From positions 1 to 16,577 of the forward strand of contig JAYEMF010000061.1 of assembly GCA_034717975.1 (NCBI GenBank): DNA of 16,577 bases, in the 5' to 3' direction. Origin of the DNA: Campylobacterota bacterium (GTDB lineage Bacteria > Campylobacterota > Campylobacteria > Campylobacterales > Sulfurimonadaceae). Within the stretch, counting starts at the first letter, position 1, and the number at the start of each line of letters is the position of its first letter. The position numbers were made by a program, and so were the translations under genes. This document shows, piece by piece, positions 1 through 8,975 of the stretch. The notes below the pieces were generated by a model. It was not told where the DNA came from. It made no database searches and worked only from the letters and a program-made list of their open reading frames with translations.

Positions 1-1
1 G

Positions 2-436
2 TATAACCTCTTTCATGACACCCTCATCTCCGAGATCACCGATTTTGAGAAGATCGGCTGTTTTGCCAATGCCGAATTTGCCGATGAGAGTGAAGTACTT
101 GAGATCGATTTCAAAGGTTTCAAATCACTCTATGAGCACTCCCCGCAACTTATGCTGGGCCTGCTTAAAGAGTTCGCCAGAAAAGCCAAGATGATGCAGT
201 GTATCATCAACCGGGAGATCGTTTTTGACGGGACTGCCAAAGTCGCCTTTATGCTCATCAATGATCTGGACAGCTTCAACCGCCTCAAGAAGCAGGAGGT
301 TGCCTATATGCTCAATATCCAGCCTGAAACCCTCTCGCGCATCCTGAAAAAACTGACCCGTAACGGCATCATCACGACCGAAGAGAACAAAATCATGATT
401 AGTGATGAGAGCGCACTTAAAGCCATATTTGATTAA
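2..436 (+). CDS. Crp/Fnr-family transcriptional regulator (NssR/Dnr-like), 5'-truncated by the window edge
   Basis: Frame is open from position 2 (YNLFHDTLISEITDFEKIGCFANAEFADESEVLEIDF... cNMP-barrel end) through the C-helix to the HTH KQEVAYMLNIQPETLSRILKKL with the Fnr-type E-x-x-S-R recognition helix. The ORF-track ATG at 152 is internal. Confidence 0.93.
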   Translation, partial: YNLFHDTLISEITDFEKIGCFANAEFADESEVLEIDFKGFKSLYEHSPQLMLGLLKEFARKAKMMQCIINREIVFDGTAKVAFMLINDLDSFNRLKKQEVAYMLNIQPETLSRILKKLTRNGIITTEENKIMISDESALKAIFD

Positions 437-450
437 CAAAGGAGTCTCAC

Positions 451-1779
451 GTGAATAAAATTACCACCAAAGTGAAACTGATCGGCGGGATCCTCTCGTT
501 GATGATCGCTGCCATTGTCGTCATCACCGTCATTATCAACCAAAACTCCTCACATGACTCTATCGTTATCAATGTGGCGGGAAAACAGCGTATGCTGACA
601 CAAAAGATCACAAAAGAGGTGATGTGGCTGCAAAACCGCGGCTCGGTTGACTTCACCAACCTTGATGCGGCCATCAGTGAATTTGACAACTCCCTCAATG
701 ACCTGATGGAGGGTAATGACGCACGCGGTATCTATGCCCCGCCGAAGGCATGTATCAAAGCCAGGCTGGGACAGGTCCGGGCATTATGGTTACCATTCCA
801 CGATCATCTGGACAGCTTCAAACTCCTGCTCTCACAGACCAAAACACTTAAAGCGACAATGTCTGAATCGACCGAAGCTATCTTGAATATCTCCGATCGT
901 GTAGTCAAGCAGATGGTCAAAGAAGGTATGGGAGGCCGTTACATCGATGATGCAGGCAGACAGCGCATGCTTACCCAAAAACTTGCCTTCCACTCCGCAC
1001 AGTACCTCATAACCGGAAGCGCACAGAGCGTCACCGCATTTTTTAATGCCTATGCTCTTTATGAATCGACACTGAAACATTTTCTAAGTGATGCCAGAGT
1101 GCAGAAACAGGTAGAACTTTTTAAAATACTTGAGAAAAACGAGCAGATCTGGTTTGACTATGCCAACTACATCATTGACCTGATGGATAAACAAAAAGAG
1201 CTCAATGAAACATTGGCATATCTCACCGAAATCAATATTGTTTTGCTGAACACTATGGATGAAACGGTAGAATCCTACAGTACCTACTCCGAAGATCAGC
1301 GCCAGTTTCTGCAGTATTTTCAATATATCGCCAGCTTCTTTGCCGTTATATTTATGATCTTTGCTGCGCGTCTTACAAAAAATATTGAACAGAATTTCGA
1401 GCATTTTCTACAGCACTCTGAAGCGATGGCAAGCTCGTTCAGCGATGAGGGCACCTCCGATATCGCTAAAAACAGAGAGAACGATGAACTGGCACTGGCA
1501 TCAATGCATATGAGCCAGTTTATGCAGCAGATGAATACCGTCATCGAGCATGCACAGCAGGCCATTCATGAATCAGAACAGGCAGCGCAGGAGCTGGCGG
1601 CCATATCGGACTCCATGGATGATGAGCTTGCGCTTGATGAAGATTCAAAAGAGCGCATCGACAACAGTGAAGATATCGTTATCCAGACCCTCGACGAGCT
1701 GAGCAATACCTCACAACTTCTTACCAAACTGCAGCAAAATCTTAGCAGTGTGATGACAAAAACACAAAATCATGACTAA
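451..1779 (+). CDS. Membrane-anchored putative nitrate/nitrite sensor: TM - tandem NarX-like/PilJ N-terminal sensor domains - TM - degenerate HAMP - short coiled-coil tail, no catalytic output domain
   Basis: GTG start with SD AAGGAG at 439-444. TM1 about aa 10-30, TM2 about aa 286-307. Two P-box-like motifs: INVAGKQRMLTQK (aa 40-52) and IDDAGRQRMLTQK (aa 165-177). HAMP-like NDELALASMHMSQFMQQM. No H-box/HATPase and no MCP LLALNAAIEAARAG hairpin. Confidence 0.8.
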   Translation: MNKITTKVKLIGGILSLMIAAIVVITVIINQNSSHDSIVINVAGKQRMLTQKITKEVMWLQNRGSVDFTNLDAAISEFDNSLNDLMEGNDARGIYAPPKACIKARLGQVRALWLPFHDHLDSFKLLLSQTKTLKATMSESTEAILNISDRVVKQMVKEGMGGRYIDDAGRQRMLTQKLAFHSAQYLITGSAQSVTAFFNAYALYESTLKHFLSDARVQKQVELFKILEKNEQIWFDYANYIIDLMDKQKELNETLAYLTEINIVLLNTMDETVESYSTYSEDQRQFLQYFQYIASFFAVIFMIFAARLTKNIEQNFEHFLQHSEAMASSFSDEGTSDIAKNRENDELALASMHMSQFMQQMNTVIEHAQQAIHESEQAAQELAAISDSMDDELALDEDSKERIDNSEDIVIQTLDELSNTSQLLTKLQQNLSSVMTKTQNHD

Positions 1780-1852
1780 CTTATCTTTGTGACTTTGCAA
1801 ACTGGTAAAAAAGTATCACCTTAAATAGCTCTTACAAAATTTCTATCAAAAA

Positions 1853-1866
1853 TTGACCTATGTCAA
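1853..1866. promoter_or_regulatory. Fnr/Dnr/Nss-type binding site TTGAC-CTAT-GTCAA upstream of napA
   Basis: Perfect TTGAC-N4-GTCAA palindrome, 21 nt upstream of TACAAT (centre about -40.5 if +1 is near 1900). 13/14 identical to the box at 9547-9560. Confidence 0.88.
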
Positions 1867-1887
1867 AAAAAAGCTTTCCTATTGCGT

Positions 1888-1893
1888 TACAAT
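1888..1893 (+). promoter_or_regulatory. sigma70 -10 element of the nap operon (gtTACAAT)
   Basis: Matches the gnTAnAAT pattern, lies at class-II spacing from the Fnr-type box, and gives a leader of about 70 nt to the napA ATG. Confidence 0.7.
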
Positions 1894-1968
1894 GTGTCGT
1901 TACCTATAGAATCAGAGTGCTGATCATCTTTAATGATAAGGTGTTCTGTTCAATTTAAGGAGGGACAA

Positions 1969-4806
1969 ATGAGCAAAATGATGGATAGAAGAAGTTTTCT
2001 TAAGAGTGCTGCGGCTGCTTCAGCTGCAAGTGCGATTGGAATGACTATTCCGACGGATGCACAGGCTGCATCGGATGCGGCACAAAGCGACTGGCGCTGG
2101 GATAAGGCGGCCTGTCGTTTCTGTGGTACCGGTTGTGGGATCATGATGGCGACCAAAGAGGGTCGTGTTGTTGCGGTCAAGGGGGACCCGGCAGCTCCAG
2201 TAAATCGTGGTCTGAACTGTATCAAGGGTTACTTCAACGCGAAGATCATGTATGGTGCTGACCGTTTGACGAAACCTTTGCTGCGTGTTAATTCAAAAGG
2301 CGAATTTGATAAAAAAGGTAAATTTGCCGAAGTAAGCTGGGAACGTGCTTTTGACGAGATGGAACATCACGCCAAAAAAGCGCTTAAAGCAAGCGGACCG
2401 GAAGGTGTCGCAGTATTCGCTTCCGGACAGTACACTGTTATGGAAGGTGTTGCTGCACAAAAAATGATGAAAGCCGGATTCCGTTCAAATGCGATCGATC
2501 CGAATGCACGTCACTGTATGGCATCAGCGGTTGTTGGTTTCTACCAGACTTTCGGTATCGATGAGCCGTCTGGCTGTTATGATGATATCGAGCTGACAGA
2601 TACGATTGTATCTTGGGGTTCAAACATGGCAGAGATGCACCCGATCCTCTGGTCTCGTGTAACTGACCGTAAACTGACTGATCCTGATCGCGTTAAAGTG
2701 GTCAATATGTCAACTTACCGCCACAGAACATCAGATTTGGCCGATATCGAGATCATCTTCTCGCCAAATACCGACCTTGCAATCTGGAACTACATTGCAC
2801 GTGAGATCGTTTACAATCACCCTGAAGCAATTGACTGGGATTTCGTCAAGAAACACATCGTGTTTGCAGCGTCTCCGGTAAATATGGGTTACGGTATGCG
2901 TCGTGCAGGTGAGAAGTCACTGAAAGACGGTAAGTATACTGCTCTTGAAATGGAAACTATCTCTAAAGAGATGAGTAAAGTCGTTTCTGAAAAAGAGGCA
3001 CCTGCTCTTGAGCCTTACGGTTACAAAGCCGGTGACAACATGGAGATGAAACCTGCCGGTCTTAAACACTGGGAGATCTCATTCGAAGAGTATAAAAAAT
3101 TCCTTGCTCCATATACACTTGATTATGTGGCAAACATTGCCAAAGGTGATCCAAACGAGAGCGTTGAAAGCTATGCGGCCAAACTGCAGGCACTTGCAGA
3201 CCTATATATCGAAAAAGGGCGTAAAGTCGTCTCTTTCTGGACAATGGGTATGAATCAGCATACACGTGGTACCTGGGTAAATACACTCTCTTACAACGTT
3301 CACTTCCTGCTTAACAAACAAGCTAAGCCGGGTGATGGTGCATTCTCACTGACTGGTCAGCCTTCAGCTTGTGGTACAGCTCGTGAAGTTGGTACATTCT
3401 GTCACAGACTTCCAGCCGATATGATGGTTAAAAGTCCTAAACACAGAAAAATCTGTGAAACTGCATGGAAAATCCCGGACGGTACACTAAACCCTGTCGG
3501 AAACCAGCACATCATGAAGATCCACCGCGATATTGAAGATGGTGTTGTTAAATTTGCATGGGTCAACGTATGTAACCCATACCAAGATACTGCATCAGCA
3601 AGTCACTGGATCAAAGCGGCACGTGAGATGGATAACTTCATCGTATGTTCAGACGGTTACCCCGGTATCTCTGCAAAAGTTTCTGACCTGATCCTTCCGA
3701 CAGCGATGATCTATGAAAAATGGGGTGCTTACGGTAATGCCGAGCGTCGTACACAGCACTGGAGACAACAGGTCCTTCCGGTAGGTGATTCGATGTCTGA
3801 CACATGGCAGTGGGTTGAGTTCTCAAAACGCTTTACTGTTAAAGATCTTTGGGGTGCACAACCACTAAGAGGTAAAAACAAAGACGGTTCACCAAAAGGA
3901 CTTCCGGATGTAATTGCCAAAGCGAAAGCGATGGGCTACAGTGAAAATGACACAATGTTTGACATCCTGTTTAACAATGAGTACTACCGCTCGTTCAAAA
4001 TCGACATGAATGATCCAGTTCAAAAAGGTTATGACAACTCTGAGTGTAACGGCGATAGCCGTAACGTTGTCGGATCTGACGGTAAAGTGTGGAAAGGGTA
4101 TGGTTTCTTTATCCATAAAGCACTGTTTGAAGAGTATGCTAACTTTGGACGCGGTCATGCACATGACCTGGCACCATTTGATGTCTACCATAAAGTACGT
4201 GGTCTTAAATGGCCTGTTGTCGATGGTAAAGAGACTCAATGGCGTTTCAATGTCAAGTACGATCCATATGCAGCCAAAGCCAATGCCAAAGCGGGTACAG
4301 ATAACTCTCACGCCTTCTACGGAACACTGGCTAAAGCTCTGACTCAGGGTGACCTGATGGGTATTAAAGATAAAAAGAAAAAATCACTGGCAAATAAAGC
4401 GAAGATCTTTGCACGTCCGTATATGGATCCTCCAGAAATGCCAGATAACACATGGGATCTATGGCTTTGTACCGGCCGTGTACTTGAACACTGGCACTCT
4501 GGAACAATGACAATGCGTGTACCTGAACTTTACCGTGCGGTACCGGAAGCACTCTGTTATATGCACCCTGCCGATGCGAAAAAACGTGGCGTTAAACGTG
4601 GTGAACTGGTTAATGTTGAATCACGTCGCGGAAGCGTTAAAGCACGTGTCGAGACTCGTGGACGTAACAGACCACCTGAAGGTCTATGTTTCGTACCTTG
4701 GTTCGATGAAAAAGTATTTATCAATAAAGTCTGTCTTGATGCGACATGTCCGCAATCTAAACAGACCGACTTTAAAAAATGTGCCGTAAAAGTCACGAAG
4801 GCGTAA
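1969..4806 (+). CDS. napA: Periplasmic nitrate reductase catalytic subunit NapA (Mo-bisMGD, [4Fe-4S]), epsilon-type large form
   Basis: Tat signal [15 protein letters not shown]...C cluster motif, NARHCMASA Mo ligand, [26 protein letters not shown] and DFKKCAVK. Start moved from 1933 to ATG 1969, which follows SD AAGGAGG at 1957-1963. Confidence 0.98.
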   Translation: MSKMMDRRSFLKSAAAASAASAIGMTIPTDAQAASDAAQSDWRWDKAACRFCGTGCGIMMATKEGRVVAVKGDPAAPVNRGLNCIKGYFNAKIMYGADRLTKPLLRVNSKGEFDKKGKFAEVSWERAFDEMEHHAKKALKASGPEGVAVFASGQYTVMEGVAAQKMMKAGFRSNAIDPNARHCMASAVVGFYQTFGIDEPSGCYDDIELTDTIVSWGSNMAEMHPILWSRVTDRKLTDPDRVKVVNMSTYRHRTSDLADIEIIFSPNTDLAIWNYIAREIVYNHPEAIDWDFVKKHIVFAASPVNMGYGMRRAGEKSLKDGKYTALEMETISKEMSKVVSEKEAPALEPYGYKAGDNMEMKPAGLKHWEISFEEYKKFLAPYTLDYVANIAKGDPNESVESYAAKLQALADLYIEKGRKVVSFWTMGMNQHTRGTWVNTLSYNVHFLLNKQAKPGDGAFSLTGQPSACGTAREVGTFCHRLPADMMVKSPKHRKICETAWKIPDGTLNPVGNQHIMKIHRDIEDGVVKFAWVNVCNPYQDTASASHWIKAAREMDNFIVCSDGYPGISAKVSDLILPTAMIYEKWGAYGNAERRTQHWRQQVLPVGDSMSDTWQWVEFSKRFTVKDLWGAQPLRGKNKDGSPKGLPDVIAKAKAMGYSENDTMFDILFNNEYYRSFKIDMNDPVQKGYDNSECNGDSRNVVGSDGKVWKGYGFFIHKALFEEYANFGRGHAHDLAPFDVYHKVRGLKWPVVDGKETQWRFNVKYDPYAAKANAKAGTDNSHAFYGTLAKALTQGDLMGIKDKKKKSLANKAKIFARPYMDPPEMPDNTWDLWLCTGRVLEHWHSGTMTMRVPELYRAVPEALCYMHPADAKKRGVKRGELVNVESRRGSVKARVETRGRNRPPEGLCFVPWFDEKVFINKVCLDATCPQSKQTDFKKCAVKVTKA

Positions 4807-4833
4807 TCCTTCAGTGCCATAGCGGTCAGTGTA

Positions 4834-4858
4834 GGTAGATGGGCTTAGCTCATTTACC
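4834..4858 (+). other. Intra-operon RNA stem-loop between napA and napG
   Basis: GGTAGATGGGC-TTA-GCTCATTTACC forms an 11-bp stem with two G-U pairs and has no classical U-tract. Confidence 0.6.
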
Positions 4859-4880
4859 GTTATAAATAAAAAGTGTAACA

Positions 4881-5681
4881 GTGAAAAAAGAACCTCTAAG
4901 CGATCGTCGCAAATTTATCCTCACCATGGCACGGGGCGTTGGCCTTAGTGCGATGGGTGCTCTTGTATGGAGTGCTTATGTCGATGAAGTTAAAGCGGCG
5001 CCGCTTATTTTACGTCCTCCAGGTGCACTTGCCGAAGAGGATTTTTTAAAAACATGTATCAAATGTGGCTTGTGTGTGGAGGCGTGTCCTTACGATACGC
5101 TCCTGCTCGCCAAGCCGGGAGATAACAATCCTATCGGTACGCCATTTTTCATTCCAAAAGATATCCCGTGCTATATGTGCGACGATATTCCTTGTGTTCC
5201 GGTCTGTCCGACCGGCGCACTGGACACGGCATCGGTACAGTCAGAAATTGACGGCGAGATGACGTGGGATATCATGAAGATGGATATGGGCGTAGCCATT
5301 GTCGACGTCAAATCATGCATCGCGTTCTGGGGAATCCAGTGCGATGCGTGTTATCGCGCCTGTCCACTAATGGATGAAGCGATTTATCTTGATTATGACA
5401 AAAATGAACGGACCGGGAAGCACGCTTTTTTGAAGCCTGTTGTCAATCCTGACATCTGTACAGGCTGCGGCCTGTGCGAACGAGCCTGTGTGACGGAAAA
5501 ACCGGCAATTTTAGTACTGCCGAATGAAGTTGCACTCGGTAAAGCGGGTGACCACTATATCAAAGGCTGGGACAAAGCTGATGAAGAACGTCTCGAAGGT
5601 GCTAAAGCTGAGACGACAACGACTGAGCTAAGTAAAGAGAGCGCAATGGATTCGCTTAACGATATGGGAGATCTGTACTGA
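4881..5681 (+). CDS. napG: Ferredoxin-type protein NapG (quinol dehydrogenase periplasmic subunit)
   Basis: Tat motif DRRKFIL, LRPPGA, CIKCGLCVEACP, CYMCDDIPCVPVCP, CDACYRACP and CTGCGLCERAC. GTG start. Confidence 0.96.
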   Translation: MKKEPLSDRRKFILTMARGVGLSAMGALVWSAYVDEVKAAPLILRPPGALAEEDFLKTCIKCGLCVEACPYDTLLLAKPGDNNPIGTPFFIPKDIPCYMCDDIPCVPVCPTGALDTASVQSEIDGEMTWDIMKMDMGVAIVDVKSCIAFWGIQCDACYRACPLMDEAIYLDYDKNERTGKHAFLKPVVNPDICTGCGLCERACVTEKPAILVLPNEVALGKAGDHYIKGWDKADEERLEGAKAETTTTELSKESAMDSLNDMGDLY

Positions 5682-6499
5682 TGAAAAAGATACGTTATTT
5701 ACTGATGCGTCGATTTGTTCAGATCGGATTGATGGTACTTTATTTTGGTGCCAATGCCTACGGATGGAAGATCCTGCAGGGGAACCTAAGCGGTTCACTG
5801 CTGTTTGAGACTGTTCCGCTGGCAGACCCGTATGCGTTGATTCAGATGCTGTTTGCCGGAGCTGTTCTGGCAACCGACATCATTATCGGTGGAGTGATCA
5901 TCGCTGTTATCTATATGATTGTCGGTGGTCGTGCTTTTTGTAGCTGGGTCTGCCCAATCAATATGGTTACAGACCTGGCTAACTGGCTACGCCGTAAGAT
6001 CGGTGTCTCTCAGGTTCAAAAACGCGTCTATATGAGTCGCAACATCCGTTTCTGGATGCTCGGCTTAAGCCTTATCCTCTCAGTAGTGATGGGTGTGGCG
6101 GCGTTTGAACTGATCAGCCCGATCTCCATGGTGCACCGTGGTCTTGTCTTTGGCATGGGTCTTGGTATCGGAGCGATTGTTGTTATCTTCTTGTTTGATC
6201 TGTTTGTACATGAAAACGGATGGTGCGGGCATATCTGTCCACTTGGCGGATTTTACTCCATTTTGGGGAAAATCTCGCTAATCAGGGTTCGCCACGATGC
6301 GGACGCCTGTACTGCCTGTATGAAATGTAAAGAGGTTTGTCCGGAAAAAGAGGTGCTGCATATGGTAGCAAAGAGCAGTGAGAGTGTGTTAATGGGGCAG
6401 TGTACCAACTGCGCACGCTGTATTGAAGTGTGTGACGATGATGCACTGAACTTCTCACTGCGAAGTCTTGTTAAAAAAGAAAAGAAGGGGAACGCATGA
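5681..6499 (+). CDS. napH: Quinol dehydrogenase membrane subunit NapH
   Basis: RRFVQ, several TMs, GRAFCSWVCP, GWCGHICPLG and two C-terminal CxxCxxCxxxC motifs. TGATG overlap with napG. Confidence 0.96.
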   Translation: MKKIRYLLMRRFVQIGLMVLYFGANAYGWKILQGNLSGSLLFETVPLADPYALIQMLFAGAVLATDIIIGGVIIAVIYMIVGGRAFCSWVCPINMVTDLANWLRRKIGVSQVQKRVYMSRNIRFWMLGLSLILSVVMGVAAFELISPISMVHRGLVFGMGLGIGAIVVIFLFDLFVHENGWCGHICPLGGFYSILGKISLIRVRHDADACTACMKCKEVCPEKEVLHMVAKSSESVLMGQCTNCARCIEVCDDDALNFSLRSLVKKEKKGNA

Positions 6500-7122
6500 A
6501 AATGAAAATTGTTCTAGGCGCTATTACAGCTGCGATGCTGATGGTCGGTTGTACTGATTCGGCTGCGCCAGCTGCGCAAGCTGAAGTAAAACCAACAATT
6601 ACAGAAGAGTCTTTGGGTCTGCGTAAAACAGATCTTTATTCAGAAAATACAACCGTAGCTGCGAAGACAACGTACGGAACGGCTGCTGCAGGCGGCTCGG
6701 CAAAATTTGAGCGTGCATTTGACAATGCACCACCGATGATCCCGCACGATACGGAAGGGATGTTGCCAATCACTATGAATGACAACCAGTGTACCGGATG
6801 TCATATGCCGGAAGTAGCACCATCTATGGGGGCAACGCCGATTCCGGCATCGCACTTTGCAAGTTTCAGACCGGTTACGGAGATCGGTGCCGATGATAGA
6901 ATGGTAAAAGATGGAGCATCTGTAGACAATACAAGTGACAAACTGACATCACTGCATACAATGGATACGATGAATCACGCGCGTTACAACTGTTCACAGT
7001 GTCACGCACCACAGTCAACCGGTGATCTGCTGGTTGAAAATAACTTCCGCCCTGACTTTCAGAGCGAAAGCATGAAAAGCGGTTCTAGCCTGCTTGATAC
7101 CCTGAATACAGGTGTAAAATAG
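6496..7122 (+). CDS. napB: Diheme cytochrome c subunit NapB
   Basis: NAPPMIPH, CTGCH and CSQCH heme motifs, SHF. N-terminal signal ends in MVGC. ATGA overlap with napH. Confidence 0.96.
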   Translation: MKMKIVLGAITAAMLMVGCTDSAAPAAQAEVKPTITEESLGLRKTDLYSENTTVAAKTTYGTAAAGGSAKFERAFDNAPPMIPHDTEGMLPITMNDNQCTGCHMPEVAPSMGATPIPASHFASFRPVTEIGADDRMVKDGASVDNTSDKLTSLHTMDTMNHARYNCSQCHAPQSTGDLLVENNFRPDFQSESMKSGSSLLDTLNTGVK

Positions 7123-7602
7123 TTGGCAGACCTAAGCCGACGCGGTTTTTTTGGTGCCATTGGCGCCAAAGCCGTCAGTAAGGAGATCAAAATACGACCT
7201 CCTTACGCCAAAGAGAGTACTCTTTTTGGCACAGAGTGTCCCCAGTGTACTGGAGTTTGCGGCACTGTGTGCGAAGAAGAGATCATCAAGTTTGGTACAG
7301 ACAAGATTCCGTATCTCGATTTTTCAAAGAGTGGTTGTACCTACTGTGAAGAGTGTCTGAGTGCATGCGAACCGGGAGTCCTCAGTGATCCCGAGATAAA
7401 GGTACAGGCTTCCATCCGTATTAATCCAGCCAAATGTATGAGCTGGGAAGAGGTGATGTGTTTCTCCTGTAAAGAGCCGTGCCTGGATAATGCGATCATC
7501 TTCAGCGGGCTCTTCAAGCCAGAGATCAATAATGAGCTATGCACCTCATGTGGTTTCTGCCTTGGCCGTTGTCCAAGCAATGCCATAGAGATAGTGGCTT
7601 AA
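7123..7602 (+). CDS. napF: Ferredoxin-type protein NapF
   Basis: TTG start directly after the napB TAG. SRRGFF, IRPPY and four Cys clusters. Confidence 0.93.
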   Translation: MADLSRRGFFGAIGAKAVSKEIKIRPPYAKESTLFGTECPQCTGVCGTVCEEEIIKFGTDKIPYLDFSKSGCTYCEECLSACEPGVLSDPEIKVQASIRINPAKCMSWEEVMCFSCKEPCLDNAIIFSGLFKPEINNELCTSCGFCLGRCPSNAIEIVA

Positions 7603-7624
7603 AACAGAAAAGAGAGTAAGTAAT

Positions 7625-8587
7625 ATGTTAAAACCTATCTTTGCGCTTCTCATGCTATTGGCCATCACCACTTGTGCCAAAGAGATCAAGCCGGTTTATG
7701 AACTGAAGACAAGCGGGTTTGTTACCGATATAATCATTGATGAGGGCAAACTGTATGCCTCAACCTTTAGCGGTGCCGTCGATATTTTTGATATTAAAAG
7801 CAAAAAAAAGAGTGCTGATATCAAACTGCCCAATATTACCGACTTTATAGGAGATGTCGTTCCTCCAAAAGTCTACTCTGTCGATCGTCTGGCCAATAAG
7901 ACAATGATGGTCTCCGAAGGAAAATCGGGCTACCGCAACGTCTTTTTACATGACGGTAAAACGCTTACCCTGCTAAGTGAGTCAAAGTTTTTCATTAAAA
8001 AAGGACTTTTTGTCGATGAAGATCACATACTTCTGGGTCTTCTTAGCTCTGAACTCATACTTTTCAAGATCAGCACCAAAGAGGTGATCTACCGGCATCC
8101 TATTCTGGAACGTCGCAGCGGCGGTTCAGCTTTTAGCGATATGGTCCTGAGTGAAGATAGAAAAACGGTCGCGACTGCAGACGAGAGCGGTGAAATCCAT
8201 CTCTTCAATGTGGAGGATTTCAAACATCTAAAACTCTATGTTGGCCAAAACCTCGATAACATCTACAAGATCGACTATAAAAAAGGGATGATTATTACTG
8301 CCGGGCAGGATAGACGCTGTGCCATCTATAAACCTGATGGCAGAGCCTATTATGTCAATGGTGAATTTCTGATCTATGCTGCCGCGCTAAGCCCGTCGAG
8401 CAAGACAGGTGTCTTTGCCTCGACTGTGGAAAACGATCTTCAGCTTTTCAACACGGTTACAAAAAGCAAGACCCATCTTCTTAAAGGGCATGGTGCTACA
8501 CTTACAGACTTTGCCTTTTTGAGTGAGACCCAGTTCTTCTCATCGGCAGAAGAGAAGCGTATCCTATTTTGGGATATCACAAAGTAA
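7625..8587 (+). CDS. napL: NapL, WD40-like beta-propeller accessory protein
   Basis: Signal peptide, WD40-like repeats (LKGHGATLTDFAF...RILFWD), and position between napF and napD as in the epsilon napAGHBFLD operon. Confidence 0.88.
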   Translation: MLKPIFALLMLLAITTCAKEIKPVYELKTSGFVTDIIIDEGKLYASTFSGAVDIFDIKSKKKSADIKLPNITDFIGDVVPPKVYSVDRLANKTMMVSEGKSGYRNVFLHDGKTLTLLSESKFFIKKGLFVDEDHILLGLLSSELILFKISTKEVIYRHPILERRSGGSAFSDMVLSEDRKTVATADESGEIHLFNVEDFKHLKLYVGQNLDNIYKIDYKKGMIITAGQDRRCAIYKPDGRAYYVNGEFLIYAAALSPSSKTGVFASTVENDLQLFNTVTKSKTHLLKGHGATLTDFAFLSETQFFSSAEEKRILFWDITK

Positions 8588-8614
8588 ATTTTAAATTAAT
8601 CAGGAGAGTAACAT

Positions 8615-8965
8615 ATGAATGTATCAAGTATTGTCGTACAAACTACACCAAAGTTTATTGACGAAGTTGTGGAAGCACTGAAAAATCTGGATATATGTGA
8701 CTACCACTTTCACGATGAGATGGGACGCATAATTGTTACCATCGAGGGTTCAGGTGTGGAAGAGGAGATCAAGAAACTGACAGTCATCCAGGAGATGCCT
8801 CATATTGTTGCAGCCGATATGCATTTTGCCTATACGGAAGATGAACTTGATGCCGAACGTGACAAGCTTGAAAAAGAGGGGACTGCTCTTCCTGAATGGC
8901 TCAACAAGGAAGATGTCAATGTTAGAGACATCCAATATCACGGTGATCTCAAAAAGAAATTCTAA
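8615..8965 (+). CDS. napD: NapD Tat-proofreading chaperone
   Basis: MNVSSIVV...GRIIVTIEG signature, SD AGGAG, and operon position. Confidence 0.95.
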   Translation: MNVSSIVVQTTPKFIDEVVEALKNLDICDYHFHDEMGRIIVTIEGSGVEEEIKKLTVIQEMPHIVAADMHFAYTEDELDAERDKLEKEGTALPEWLNKEDVNVRDIQYHGDLKKKF

Positions 8966-8975
8966 GGAGCTATCC

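Noticed and set aside
1900..1968. Moco/Tuco riboswitch in the napA leader
   Set aside because: The predicted leader is only about 70 nt and I see none of the multi-stem Moco motif features. An Rfam scan would settle it.
1933..1968. N-terminal extension of NapA from ATG 1933
   Set aside because: A strong SD precedes ATG 1969, and the Tat motif then sits at the normal position.
2515..2517. Selenocysteine as the NapA Mo ligand
   Set aside because: The codon is TGT (Cys), and there is no in-frame TGA in napA.
7123..7170. Tat export of NapF (SRRGFF)
   Set aside because: No hydrophobic core follows the motif, and NapF is known to be cytoplasmic with an RR-like motif.
1969..8965. Absence of napC, presence of napL and large NapA insertions as novelty
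   Set aside because: All are established features of the Campylobacterota napAGHBFLD operon.
8805..8975. 57-aa N-terminal extension of the PAS protein overlapping napD, or a frameshift fusion
   Set aside because: A good SD and ATG are present at 8976 and the extension is not protein-like. napD ends normally.
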